Of a stretch of 64,000 nucleotides of DNA, positions 31,330-41,037 are shown one piece after another. The first letter of the stretch is position 1; every line of letters begins with the position of its first letter. Below the pieces are notes generated by a model. That model was not told where the DNA came from. It was given only the letters and a program-made list of their open reading frames with translations, and did not search any database. The stretch covers positions 608,001 to 672,000 of the forward strand of contig CAWHWQ010000001.1 of the NCBI GenBank assembly GCA_963833095.1, given 5' to 3'. The DNA comes from Vulcanimicrobiota bacterium. Lineage in GTDB: Bacteria; Vulcanimicrobiota; Vulcanimicrobiia; Vulcanimicrobiales; Vulcanimicrobiaceae. Position numbers and translations under genes: made by a program.

Positions 31330-32300
31330 ACGACGAGCACGATCTTTCCGCTTGTGGTACGCGACTCGAGGAGCCGGTGCGCCTCTGCCGCCTGCGCGAG
31401 TGGAAGGGTCCGATCAATGCGCAAGTCGAGCTTCCCGCTTTGGATCGCTGCGAGCACCTCCTCCGAGCGGTACAACAGCTCCTCGCGCGTTGCGATGAAA
31501 TTCGGCAGGGTGCCGCCTGCAAGCGTGAGCGAGCGTGCTTGCAGGGTTCCCGGCACGACCGGGTCGGCCGGACCGCTCGATGAACCGAAAATGACGACGG
31601 TGCCGCGTGTGCGCACGCACTCGAGACTGCCGGGAAGCGTCGATTTACCGACTCCGTCCAACACGAGATCGACGCCGGCTCCGTTGGTCACCGCCTTTAC
31701 CGCGTCGGTGCAATTCGTTTGCGTGTAGAGAATGACGTCGTCGGCGCCGGCGCCGCGAACGATCGCGGCCTTTTCCTGCGTCGACGTCGTGCCGATCACG
31801 CGTGCGCCGATCGTTTTGAGCATCTGCACGAGCAGCAAGCCGACTCCGCCCGCTGCAGCATGGACGAGCACGGTGGTCTTCGGCGTCACGTGATAGTATT
31901 CGTGAACGAGATAGTGCGCGGTTAGCCCTTGGAGCGGAAACGCCGCCCCTTCGATCATCGAAAGTCCGTCGGGCAGCGGAATGAGCCGGTCTGCGGGAGC
32001 CACGACGTACTCTGCGTATGCGCGGGGGATGCCGGTGAACGCCACGCGGTCGCCCACGCGAATATCCCGCACCCCGTCGCCGAGTGCCTCGACCGTGCCG
32101 GCACCCTCAGCACCCGCGACCATCGGCGGCGTGCCGCCGTAACGTCCCATGCGCTCGTAGATGTCGCGATAATTGACACCCACCGCAGCGATGCGCACGA
32201 GCGCTTCGCCAGCCGCAGGCGCCGGCGCGGGGATGTCCCCGAGTTGTAGCACGTCGGAGCCGCCGAAGCTAGGGATGACGATTGCTTTCATGTTCTTCAT
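31326..32300 (-). CDS. NADPH:quinone oxidoreductase (MDR family)
   Basis: GVNYRD, HAAAGGVG, DGVG, TSGKIVL. Confidence 0.92.
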   Translation of the reverse strand: MKNMKAIVIPSFGGSDVLQLGDIPAPAPAAGEALVRIAAVGVNYRDIYERMGRYGGTPPMVAGAEGAGTVEALGDGVRDIRVGDRVAFTGIPRAYAEYVVAPADRLIPLPDGLSMIEGAAFPLQGLTAHYLVHEYYHVTPKTTVLVHAAAGGVGLLLVQMLKTIGARVIGTTSTQEKAAIVRGAGADDVILYTQTNCTDAVKAVTNGAGVDLVLDGVGKSTLPGSLECVRTRGTVVIFGSSSGPADPVVPGTLQARSLTLAGGTLPNFIATREELLYRSEEVLAAIQSGKLDLRIDRTLPLAQAAEAHRLLESRTTSGKIVLVV

Positions 32301-32340
32301 AACGCATCCAGACTGGTTTGGGCGGCGTTCTTAGGGGTGT

Positions 32341-32823
32341 ATGGGTACACAAACTCGCGGGCGTTTCCTTGCTAACCTTGCCGGCGCAGTTGTTTTTGCG
32401 CCGGCACTCGCGCGCGCCGCGGACACGAAATATGCGGTCTCGCACACGGAGGCGCAGTGGAAGGATATCCTCAGTCCGGATCGCTACGTGATCTTGCGCG
32501 AGAACGGCACCGAGCCCGCCTTCTCGAGTCCCCTCATCGCCGAGCAACGTCCGGGCGTCTACAACTGCGCGGGCTGCAATCTCGAGCTCTTTACCTCGAA
32601 GATGAAGTACGATAGCGGCGACGGTTGGCCGTCCTTCTGGACGGTGCTTGCGAATACCACGGTGACACAATCCGACTACGACATCCCCGGCGAAGAGCGC
32701 ACCGAAGTGCATTGCCGGCGTTGCGGCAGCCACTTGGGTCACATCTTTGACGATGGACCCGCCCCGACGCATCTTCGCTATTGCATCGACGGCTTGGCGC
32801 TGCTGTTCGTTCCTAACCGGTAA
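32341..32823 (+). CDS. msrB: Peptide-methionine (R)-S-oxide reductase with Tat-like signal
   Basis: GTE, CAGC, GWPSF, RTEVHC..CGSHLGHIFDDGP, RYC. Confidence 0.95.
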   Translation: MGTQTRGRFLANLAGAVVFAPALARAADTKYAVSHTEAQWKDILSPDRYVILRENGTEPAFSSPLIAEQRPGVYNCAGCNLELFTSKMKYDSGDGWPSFWTVLANTTVTQSDYDIPGEERTEVHCRRCGSHLGHIFDDGPAPTHLRYCIDGLALLFVPNR

Positions 32824-33191
32824 CACGTCCGGCCCGCCCGATGCGGCCACTCCCACACACCCGTCTCCAGGCGCGCGTCGACCTTCTCGCTGGTCAGCGC
32901 GAAGTTCGCGCAAAGTTGATAGTGACGCGCGCCGAGGCGCCGGTATTCGTAGGGTTTGCCTGTGACGGGATCGCGGAGTTCGCTATCCGGAGCAACGGCG
33001 GGTAGCCGTTGCCCGGACTCGTCGTAGGCTTCATCGATTCTGCTCGAAAGCGTCCGCACGTCTTCCATGCGCTTCCTATCCAGCGCTAGGCTGCGCTCAT
33101 GCGCGGGCGAGCCGATGACCGAAAAGGCGAGCGCCACACCGCCCAGCACAATCGCAGCGGTCGCTACGCCGGCGATCGCCTCGAATTTCAT
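32778..33191 (-). CDS. Hypothetical membrane-anchored pilin-like protein
   Basis: TM then GSP...D.KRMED...LP...DPVTGKPYEY...YQLCANF; ATGA overlap with the upstream gene. Confidence 0.7.
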   Translation of the reverse strand: MKFEAIAGVATAAIVLGGVALAFSVIGSPAHERSLALDRKRMEDVRTLSSRIDEAYDESGQRLPAVAPDSELRDPVTGKPYEYRRLGARHYQLCANFALTSEKVDARLETGVWEWPHRAGRTCYRLGTNSSAKPSMQ

Positions 33192-33844
33192 GCCGCGGCC
33201 TCAGGCGGGTTGATCGTTGCCAGATAATATGCGAAGACGCCGCCGCCGAGCACGAGAAGGACGATTGAATCGAGGATGAAGCGCACGGTTATTTCGCCAC
33301 GAAGAAGTGCGTTGGTAAACCACACGCCGTCCGTCAGCACGACGAGCGCTGCAAAAACAAGCGCGATGTAGGTAAGCCATTTGCGCACGGCCGATTCGTA
33401 CATATCCGGCCGCAACGCAAGCTGCTTGCGAATGAGATAGTGGACAAAGGCAAAAATCGGGAACGCCACGATCACGGTCGCGGCTTGCCACGAAATCTGA
33501 TCCCGAAGGTTGATCTGACGGTAGTCGTACGCCGCCGCATCGGGGACCCAGCGGGCGATCAGGACGTACCAAATCTGGCCCAAGGCAACGGTCCAGAATC
33601 CAAGCGTGATGAAGTTGATCAGATAATAGAATGCGTCCCGCGCGTTTTCCCCATACTGCGAACGGCTCGGAATCGGCGTGCCCAAAACCCCGCCATAGTA
33701 CTCCGAGAAGGCGCGGAAGATGCGCCGCTCGGACCAGCCGTTGCGCTGCAGGAGCGTCGCGATAAACCCGTCGGCAACGCCGTGGTCCTTGGCGGAGCCA
33801 ATGAAATCGCGCAGGTCGTGTTCGGTAGCCGGTAGCTGTTTCAT
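33188..33844 (-). CDS. DUF5671 domain membrane protein
   Basis: RDAFYYL, VAFP, VRKWLTY, GEITVRF; 4 TM segments. Confidence 0.8.
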   Translation of the reverse strand: MKQLPATEHDLRDFIGSAKDHGVADGFIATLLQRNGWSERRIFRAFSEYYGGVLGTPIPSRSQYGENARDAFYYLINFITLGFWTVALGQIWYVLIARWVPDAAAYDYRQINLRDQISWQAATVIVAFPIFAFVHYLIRKQLALRPDMYESAVRKWLTYIALVFAALVVLTDGVWFTNALLRGEITVRFILDSIVLLVLGGGVFAYYLATINPPEAAA

Positions 33845-33887
33845 GAGACGATCCTACCAGCAGCGGGCGGCCCCGGCGTCCGTATTC

Positions 33888-34610
33888 TTACGGAATCTCT
33901 CGCGTTGCGTCTGCGTCTTCGCCAAAGATCAACGTAAACAGCCAGCCGCCGATTCCTCCGCCCAGAATCGGCGCGACCCAGAATAGCCACAACTGCGAGA
34001 GTTCCGCGGGTCCGGCGAAGAGTGCCGGGCCGGTGCTGCGAGCCGGATTCACCGACGTGTTGTCGACCGGGATGGCGATGAGGTGAATGAGCGTGAGCGC
34101 AAGGCCGATTGCAATGCCGGCAAAGCCCCTGGGGACCTCGCGGTGGGTCGAGCCGACGATGACCCACACAAAGCCGAACGTCAGCACGAACTCGATGATC
34201 AGCGCCGAGGTCATGTTGTAGCCGCCCGGTGATAGTTCACCGTAGCCGTTGCTCGCGAACTGTCCAGCCACCCAGCCCGGCTGCCCGGATGCAATCAGAT
34301 ACAACACCGCAGCACCAACGATTGCGCCGACGACCTGCGCGACGATGTACGGAAGCACGTCGCGCCCCGGAAAGCGCTTCGCCAACCACATGCCGACTGT
34401 AACAGCCGGATTGAGATAGGCTCCCGAAATGCGGCCGAGAGCGTATGCCATCGTGAGCACCGTGAGCCCGAAGGCGAGCGCAACGCCGGCAAAACCGATG
34501 CCGAGCTTTGGAAACGCAGCTGACAATACCGCCGCTCCGCAACCGCCGAAGACCAGCCAGAATGTGCCGAAAGCTTCGGCAACCACACGCCGTGATAGCG
34601 GCTGAATCAT
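33888..34610 (-). CDS. aqpZ: Aquaporin Z
   Basis: [15 protein letters not shown], two NPA motifs, NGYG..SPGGY. Confidence 0.95.
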   Translation of the reverse strand: MIQPLSRRVVAEAFGTFWLVFGGCGAAVLSAAFPKLGIGFAGVALAFGLTVLTMAYALGRISGAYLNPAVTVGMWLAKRFPGRDVLPYIVAQVVGAIVGAAVLYLIASGQPGWVAGQFASNGYGELSPGGYNMTSALIIEFVLTFGFVWVIVGSTHREVPRGFAGIAIGLALTLIHLIAIPVDNTSVNPARSTGPALFAGPAELSQLWLFWVAPILGGGIGGWLFTLIFGEDADATREIP

Positions 34611-36748
34611 GCGTACGCCAAGCTGAACGGAAGGACGCGCGCGCGCTTTCCGTTGATGGCGAAAACCGCGCTAGCAACGGCGGGCGCGATCGTAACCGTA
34701 GCCGGCTCACCGATGCCGGTGGGGTTTTCGGAGCTACTTACGATGTCGGCATGTATTTCGGGGGCTTGATCCATGCGCATGACGAGATAATCGTAGAAAT
34801 TGTGCTGCTGGACGGCGCCGTTCTTGATGGTAATGATGCTCGCGAGCGCCATCGAGAGCCCATAATTCGTGGCGCCTTCGAGCTGCTGCAACACGATCGT
34901 CGGATTCACCGCGCGCCCCACGTCGGCGACCACAAAGGCGCGATGCACCACGGGCGTGTTGCCTTTCATGGAGACTTCGGCGACGGTTGCTACCGACGTG
35001 CCGTTCCAAAAGCCGAATGCGATGCCTTGCTTTGTCCCAGGCGCGGGCGAACCCCACGAGGCATTTTTGGCAACCGTACGCAACACGGTTTGCGCTCGTG
35101 GATTCTTCTGCAAAAGCGCAAGCCGGAACTCGAGCGGATCCTTTCCTGCCGCGTGCGCAAGCTCGTCCATGAACGTCTCCATCACGAAGGTGTTCCAGTT
35201 GGCGCCGGGCGCGCGCAGACTACCGGGCGGAACGCCGCTGTTCGGGTTGATGTAATACGCGTGGAAGTTCGGGATCTCATACTGCGTGTTCACCACCGAA
35301 TCCATCGAGACCGAATCGAGTCCACTCGGCGCTAAGGGAAACCCTAGCCCTTTGAGGATCGAATCCATCACGACCGTATGCTGCATCGCGATCAGATTGC
35401 CGTGCGCGTCGAGTACGCCGCTGACGCGATTAGCGGCCATTGGCTTGTACCAGTCGTGCTGCGTGTCGTCTTCACGCTGCCAAATGACTTGGACCGGCGC
35501 CTTGATCGCTTTGCTCACCCAGACCGCATCGTTGGTGAAATCGGCATACAGCCGTCGCCCAAATCCGCCGCCGAGATAGGTCGTATGAATCTGCACTTTG
35601 TCTGGCGGCACGCCGGCGATCTTCGCTGCCGAAGCCTGCGCGATCGTCTGCACCTGCGTCGGCGCCCAAATCTCGACGCCGTCACTCGTGACCGAAGCCG
35701 TCGCGTTCATCGGCTCCATCGCTGCGTGCGCGGCCAGATTTCCGAAGTAAGTCGCTTCCAGGGTTTTCCCCTGCGCGCTCTTTGAACCGCGCTCAACTGC
35801 GGGAATCGCGCCGGTTCCGTCCGCTGCAAGTTTGAGGTAGCGCGCCTTGAGCGTTTCGGTGCTTTGGCTTGCAAATGGACCGTTGTCGTACTGGACGGCT
35901 AGCGCCGCTTTCCCCTGAAACGCCGCCCACGAATTGGTGGCAACGACGGCTATACCGCTCGGAATTTGCACGACATCGAGAACGCCTTTGACGTGCTTTG
36001 CTTTGGTGGCGTCGAACGACGTCACTTTGGCGCCGAAGACCGGCGGATAGAGCACTGAGGCGAATTTCATGCCGGGTACGCGCACGTCAATACCATACCT
36101 CGCGGTACCGTTGACCTTCAGCGGCGTGTCGACACGTTTGTTCACTTTCCCGATCAAGGTGAATTGATCGGGGGTTTTCAAGGTGGGTTTGGCCGGCGCG
36201 GGAATCGACGCCGCCGCGCCAACGAGGCTACCGTACGTTGCGGTGCGATTGTTCTTGGCATCGACCACCGTGCCGCTCTTAGTACTGAGGGTCGACGGGT
36301 CGACACCCCACTGCTTTGCCGCCGCGCTGACCAGCATCGCGCGCGCGCTTGCACCCGCGGTGCGCAACGGCATCCACATCGATGCGGTGCTCGTGCTGCC
36401 ACCAGTGATCTGGAGATGGAAGCCCGGATCGGCGTACACGGCCGCGGCCGGCGCAAATTCGATGAGCACGTTCTCCATCGGGATGTCGAGCTCGTCTGCG
36501 ACGATCGTCGGCATGCCGGTCGCGACGCCCTGGCCCATCTCGGACTTATTGACGAAGATGGTGACCTTCTCGTCGGGATGCACGATCAGCCACGCGTTGG
36601 GTTTGAATCCCGCAGTCTCAGGCGCGGCCGAACCTGCCGGCGCACCCTGACTTTGATTCGAACAACCGTTTGCGCTGACGCCGAGCACGAGACTGCCGGC
36701 AAACATGGAACCTAGACGAACGAAATCGCCGCGATTGATGGTTGTCAT
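34607..36748 (-). CDS. Xanthine dehydrogenase family molybdopterin-binding subunit (IorB-like)
   Basis: [33 protein letters not shown]. Confidence 0.92.
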   Translation of the reverse strand: MTTINRGDFVRLGSMFAGSLVLGVSANGCSNQSQGAPAGSAAPETAGFKPNAWLIVHPDEKVTIFVNKSEMGQGVATGMPTIVADELDIPMENVLIEFAPAAAVYADPGFHLQITGGSTSTASMWMPLRTAGASARAMLVSAAAKQWGVDPSTLSTKSGTVVDAKNNRTATYGSLVGAAASIPAPAKPTLKTPDQFTLIGKVNKRVDTPLKVNGTARYGIDVRVPGMKFASVLYPPVFGAKVTSFDATKAKHVKGVLDVVQIPSGIAVVATNSWAAFQGKAALAVQYDNGPFASQSTETLKARYLKLAADGTGAIPAVERGSKSAQGKTLEATYFGNLAAHAAMEPMNATASVTSDGVEIWAPTQVQTIAQASAAKIAGVPPDKVQIHTTYLGGGFGRRLYADFTNDAVWVSKAIKAPVQVIWQREDDTQHDWYKPMAANRVSGVLDAHGNLIAMQHTVVMDSILKGLGFPLAPSGLDSVSMDSVVNTQYEIPNFHAYYINPNSGVPPGSLRAPGANWNTFVMETFMDELAHAAGKDPLEFRLALLQKNPRAQTVLRTVAKNASWGSPAPGTKQGIAFGFWNGTSVATVAEVSMKGNTPVVHRAFVVADVGRAVNPTIVLQQLEGATNYGLSMALASIITIKNGAVQQHNFYDYLVMRMDQAPEIHADIVSSSENPTGIGEPATVTIAPAVASAVFAINGKRARVLPFSLAYA

Positions 36749-37206
36749 GACGTCTTCCCTCCACCGGTCGCCTGCGCAACGGCTTTGCGAATGCGGCCGT
36801 ACGTTCCGCAGCGGCAAATGTTGGTGATCGATGCCGCGAGATCGGCGTCGGTCGGATGCGGATTGGTCTTGAGCAAACCCGAGATCGCCATCAACTGGCC
36901 CGACTGGCAATACCCGCACTGCGGCACCTGTTCGTCGATCCAGGCTTGCTGCAACGCGTGCGGCTGCTCGGGCGTGCCGAGCGCTTCGATCGTGGTGATC
37001 GACTTGCCGACAGCGGCACTGACCGGCGTAACGCACGAGCGCACGGCCGCGTCGTCGAGATGAACCGTGCAACAGCCGCATTGCGCGACGCCGCACCCAA
37101 ATTTCGTTCCGGTCAATCCGACGACGTCACGAATCGCCCAAAGCAAGGGCATCTCCTCGGGGACATCGAGATCGTGCTTCTCGCCGTTAATGGTTAGAGA
37201 GACCAC
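36745..37206 (-). CDS. 2Fe-2S subunit (IorA-like)
   Basis: GTKFGCGVAQCGCCTV, QCGYCQSG, NICRCGTY; GGAGG RBS before GTG. Confidence 0.93.
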   Translation of the reverse strand: MVSLTINGEKHDLDVPEEMPLLWAIRDVVGLTGTKFGCGVAQCGCCTVHLDDAAVRSCVTPVSAAVGKSITTIEALGTPEQPHALQQAWIDEQVPQCGYCQSGQLMAISGLLKTNPHPTDADLAASITNICRCGTYGRIRKAVAQATGGGKTS

Positions 37207-37274
37207 CTGGCAACCTCCAATCGGGACGTGGCGAACGCTCCCAAAACGGAGCCAACAATCCCGAGGGTTGCGCC

Positions 37275-37712
37275 TTAGCCTAGGGGCGCGAGCTGCTTGT
37301 CGTCGGCTTCGATGATATCGAGCAGCTTCGAGAGCTCCGGCTGTTGCGCGAGGACGGGGTGCCGCTCTCGCACGAGCGCTTGGTCCTCGGCGGACATCCG
37401 CTCGATGACGAAGGTTTCCAGCTTGGCGTTGAGGGCCTCGGCGGCAGACGGGTCGACGCGTTCGGCGAGCCACGCGATGACCGCCTCTTCGTCGGGTGCC
37501 TGGCGGACGGCCTCGCGGAATTCATCCATGGTTAGGCCTAAGCGGCGCACGGCATAGGCGCTGAAGCCGGTATCGTGGTTGAGAAACGGACCGATCTCCC
37601 CGCCCGGCAACTCGGCGCGCAGTTTGTCGATGGTACGCGCAAGAAAGTAGCACCCAAGAATCGCTTCCCGGACGCCGCGTGGCGGCTTCTCTCGTAAGTC
37701 TAGTGGGGTCAT
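37275..37712 (-). CDS. DUF5069-like protein
   Basis: DLR..PPR...LARTIDKLRA...G..G. Confidence 0.75.
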   Translation of the reverse strand: MTPLDLREKPPRGVREAILGCYFLARTIDKLRAELPGGEIGPFLNHDTGFSAYAVRRLGLTMDEFREAVRQAPDEEAVIAWLAERVDPSAAEALNAKLETFVIERMSAEDQALVRERHPVLAQQPELSKLLDIIEADDKQLAPLG

Positions 37713-37723
37713 GGCATCGTCTT

Positions 37724-38542
37724 ATGATCGACATCCACACGCACCTTCACCCGCCGCGGCTGTTCGCCGCGATCCGGCGTTGGTTTGCCACGAACAGTAC
37801 GTGGGATATCGCCGCGCAGCCGCAAGAGCCCGCCGACGTCGTCGCCGTACTACGACGCGCAGGCGTCGAACGCTTCGTCTTCTGCAGCTATGCGCATCGC
37901 CCGCACATGGCACGCGATTTAAATGCGTGGCTCGTCCAGACGGCCCGAACCCTCGGCGGTTATGGTGTCCCGCTCGCGACCGTGCATCCCGACGACCCAG
38001 GTTATCTCGACGATCTTCGCGCCGCCCTCGATGCGGGCTGCGCCGGCCTCAAGCTGCACGAAGACGTTCAGCGCGTCGCCTGCGACGACGAGCGCCTCGA
38101 TCCGATATATGACGAACTTGCCGCGCGCAATCGCTTTTTGCTCGTGCACGTCGGACCGATACCGTGGGTCTATAAGGAACGCGAAGGTTACGCTCGGGTC
38201 AAAGCGGTGCTCGAACGGCATCCGAACCTCACCGTCGTCGTTGCACACTTCGGCGTGCCCGACACCCTCGACTATTTCGAGCTTATGTCGACGTATCTCA
38301 ACCTGTATCTCGACACCACGATGGTTTTCGCGCCGTCGTCGCCGATGCGCACCAACGTGGCCGCGGTCGATGCAATCGAAGCGAATCCGACCCGCGTGTT
38401 GTACGGAACGGACTTTCCGAATATTCCCCACGATTATCTTGCAGAGTCGCGCGGTATCGAAGCGCTGGGCTTGCGCGCCTCAACGCTTGGCGCGGTGCTC
38501 CACGACAATGCGGAACGTCTTTTGAAAGAGGCGGGAGCGTAA
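37724..38542 (+). CDS. Amidohydrolase family protein
   Basis: IDIHTH, GLKLH, VAHFG, YGTDFP. Confidence 0.9.
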   Translation: MIDIHTHLHPPRLFAAIRRWFATNSTWDIAAQPQEPADVVAVLRRAGVERFVFCSYAHRPHMARDLNAWLVQTARTLGGYGVPLATVHPDDPGYLDDLRAALDAGCAGLKLHEDVQRVACDDERLDPIYDELAARNRFLLVHVGPIPWVYKEREGYARVKAVLERHPNLTVVVAHFGVPDTLDYFELMSTYLNLYLDTTMVFAPSSPMRTNVAAVDAIEANPTRVLYGTDFPNIPHDYLAESRGIEALGLRASTLGAVLHDNAERLLKEAGA

Positions 38543-38551
38543 CTGGGAAGC

Positions 38552-38983
38552 TTATCTGCGCAAAGCCTTTATGTACCTGGCGCGGCGACCGGGACGTCCA
38601 TTTCCTTTGTTACAATTTCCGAACGTTTCCGTCAGCGCGTGGTGGTTCGGACAGAGGTAGCGCAGATTGCTCTTTGCATTATTTCGAGCGTTCCCATCGA
38701 TATGATCGAGGTGCACCGGAATCCGGCCTGTGCGCGGGTTACGCTCTGCCCATCCGCAAACCTGACATCGTTCGCCGTATTTTTCGATGAAGTACCGGCG
38801 GATGTGATGCGACGGGACGTCCCAACCGGCGATCGTTCCATCGACCTCGCCCGCGAGCCAACGCCGCACAAACGTGCGATATTGATGGTCTATTTGGCAT
38901 CGCTGCGAACAATAATTTGCGACTTTGCTTTTGACGCGATTTCCACAGCCGGCAACACACTCGGGCCGAAACGCTACTCGCAT
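38552..38983 (-). CDS. HNH endonuclease with N-terminal zinc finger
   Basis: C...C...YCSQRC; CQVC...LDHIDGNARNN...NLRYLCPNHH. Confidence 0.9.
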   Translation of the reverse strand: MRVAFRPECVAGCGNRVKSKVANYCSQRCQIDHQYRTFVRRWLAGEVDGTIAGWDVPSHHIRRYFIEKYGERCQVCGWAERNPRTGRIPVHLDHIDGNARNNAKSNLRYLCPNHHALTETFGNCNKGNGRPGRRARYIKALRR

Positions 38984-39048
38984 GCAACATATGAAACGCT
39001 AAGAGCGCGCCATACGTATGGCACGCAACGTGAGAGCGAGAAAGAAAG

Positions 39049-39123
39049 TGGAGCCGACGCGGGGACTTGAACCCCGGGCCTGCTGATTACGAATCAGCTG
39101 CTCTACCACTGAGCTACGTCGGC
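39049..39123 (-). tRNA. tRNA-Thr(CGT)
   Basis: GCCGACG acceptor stem, TAGCTCAGTGGTAGAGC D arm, CTGAT-TCGTA-ATCAG anticodon arm, GTTCAA T loop, encoded CCA. Confidence 0.97.
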
Positions 39124-39204
39124 AAAAAATCGGTGACCTACGGCCACCGCCGGGGAGCCTGGTTCTGCGGCCCGACCGCTCCCCCTGCTCCCCAGCGTAC
39201 GACT

Positions 39205-39843
39205 TTAGTTCGTATAGCCTCGCCCGGCGCCCACCGTCTCGGCTCCCTCGAGCGTGCCGAGGAACTCATCGTGCTTCATCGGGCGCGAGAACATCGGGTA
39301 ATTCTTCTCCACCGCCAAGCGCTGCTCGTCGTCGCTGAGCGTCGCGGTGCAGTCGGTCAGCGTCACCACGTTGTAGCCCTTCTCGTAGGCGGTGCGCATG
39401 GTCGATTCGACGCAGCAGTTGGTGAGGAATCCACCCAGCACAACGTTCGTGATGCCGCGGCTGCGCAGGATGAAGTCGAGATTCGTGCTCGCGAATGCGT
39501 CCAAGCCACGCTTTCCCTCGATCACGATATCGCTTTCGGCCGGCGTCATTGTATCGACGATTTCGGCGCCCCAGGTTCCCTTACGGAACGAGTTGCTGTC
39601 GACCACGCCTTTGAGGATGCCGTACGGCTCGCTCGTGAGTTCGTGGTAGTCCGGCGTAAAGGTGATCGGCGCATGCACGATCGTTGCGCCCAGTTCGCGC
39701 GCACGCTCGACGGTCTCAAGTGTGTTGGGGAGCATATTGGTGCTCTCCATGACCGGCTTCACTGCGTCGTGAAGCGTTCCGCCTGGTGAGGTGAAGTCGT
39801 TCTGATATTCGATTAGGACGACCGCCGTTGTCTTCGGGTTCAT
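39205..39843 (-). CDS. Cysteine hydrolase (isochorismatase family)
   Basis: IEYQNDF, GKRGLDAF, LTNCCVESTMR. Confidence 0.92.
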   Translation of the reverse strand: MNPKTTAVVLIEYQNDFTSPGGTLHDAVKPVMESTNMLPNTLETVERARELGATIVHAPITFTPDYHELTSEPYGILKGVVDSNSFRKGTWGAEIVDTMTPAESDIVIEGKRGLDAFASTNLDFILRSRGITNVVLGGFLTNCCVESTMRTAYEKGYNVVTLTDCTATLSDDEQRLAVEKNYPMFSRPMKHDEFLGTLEGAETVGAGRGYTN

Positions 39844-39903
39844 GCTGTCCTCGCTCTCCCCGTGGGGGCGGGAGACTTGCACGCGCGCAGAAACGACGCC
39901 TGC

Positions 39904-41037
39904 ATGGACTACGATGTCGCGGTTCTCGGCCTCGGCGGCATGGGAAGCGCCGTCGCCGCGCATGCCGCTCGCCGCGGTCTGCGCGTTGCGGGCTTTGAGC
40001 GATTCGCGCTGGCGCACGATCTCGGGTCATCGGTCGGCCGCACGCGTATCATTCGCAAGGCCTACTTTGAGGACGCAGCTTACGTGCCGCTGCTCGACCG
40101 CGCCTACCTGCTCTGGCGCGAGCTCGAAGAGACCTCGCAGACGGCCTTGCTCGATCTTTTCGGCGTGCTGATGGTCGGGCAGGCGGAATCGGCGACGATT
40201 CAAGGCACGGCGACCGCAGCGATGCTCTACGACATTCCCGGCGAGCAACTGGACGCCGGGCAGCTTCGCGCTCGCTTTCCACGACTCGCGTTCGACTCAA
40301 GCGAAGTCGGCCTCTATGAGCCGTACGCGGGCGTCGTTTTTCCCGAGCGCGCGATTGCAGCGCATCTGACCGTCGCGCGAAATCACGGCGCGCATCTGTA
40401 CGATCGCGCGCGCGTTCGCGGCTTCGAAACAACAAAGACCGGGGTTCGCGTTGCGTTCGAGGGAGGGGAGACCGTCGAGGCCGCTCGTGTCGCGGTCTGC
40501 ACCGGCGCATGGTCGAACGACCTGCTCCCACAACTGCACCTTCCGCTTGCGGTGCAACGTAACGTGCAGTATTGGTTCACCTTGCAAAACGGCGCCGGCG
40601 GCCCCGCCGAGCTTCCCGCATTTTTTCTCGAGCGCGATTGGCTACCGGCCCCGCTCTACGGCACTCCCGATCTCGGCGACGGACTCAAGGTCGCGTTTCA
40701 CGGCTACGGCGAGACCACGCAAGCCGACCAGCTCGATCGCGAGGTCCACGCAGGCGAAGCTGCGCTGATGCGCGAGACGCTCACCGCGCTCATGCCCGGT
40801 AGCGAGCCGGTTCTGCGCTCGTCCAAAACATGCATGTACACGATGACGCCGGATGGGAACTTTGCGATTGGCCGCGATCCGCGCGATCACAATGTCGTGA
40901 TTGCGTGCGGATTCTCGGGTCACGGATTCAAATTCGTACCGGTCATCGGCGAAATCGTTACGCGCATGCTCCTCGGTGAGGATCCGCAGCTCGACGTCGG
41001 CTTTTTGCGGCTCGATCGCTTGATCAGCGATACGTGA
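39904..41037 (+). CDS. solA: N-methyl-L-tryptophan oxidase / monomeric sarcosine oxidase
   Basis: GLGGMGS, TRIIR.AY, CMYTMTPD, GFSGHGFKF. Confidence 0.88.
   Translation: MDYDVAVLGLGGMGSAVAAHAARRGLRVAGFERFALAHDLGSSVGRTRIIRKAYFEDAAYVPLLDRAYLLWRELEETSQTALLDLFGVLMVGQAESATIQGTATAAMLYDIPGEQLDAGQLRARFPRLAFDSSEVGLYEPYAGVVFPERAIAAHLTVARNHGAHLYDRARVRGFETTKTGVRVAFEGGETVEAARVAVCTGAWSNDLLPQLHLPLAVQRNVQYWFTLQNGAGGPAELPAFFLERDWLPAPLYGTPDLGDGLKVAFHGYGETTQADQLDREVHAGEAALMRETLTALMPGSEPVLRSSKTCMYTMTPDGNFAIGRDPRDHNVVIACGFSGHGFKFVPVIGEIVTRMLLGEDPQLDVGFLRLDRLISDT

Noticed and set aside
38552..38983. IscB/HEARO-type RNA-guided nuclease
   Set aside because: Only 143 aa, with no PLMP or RuvC motifs and no room for a large ncRNA.
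38500..39123. tRNA-anchored genomic island or prophage
   Set aside because: No integrase and no duplicated tRNA 3' end; ordinary genes resume right after the HNH gene.
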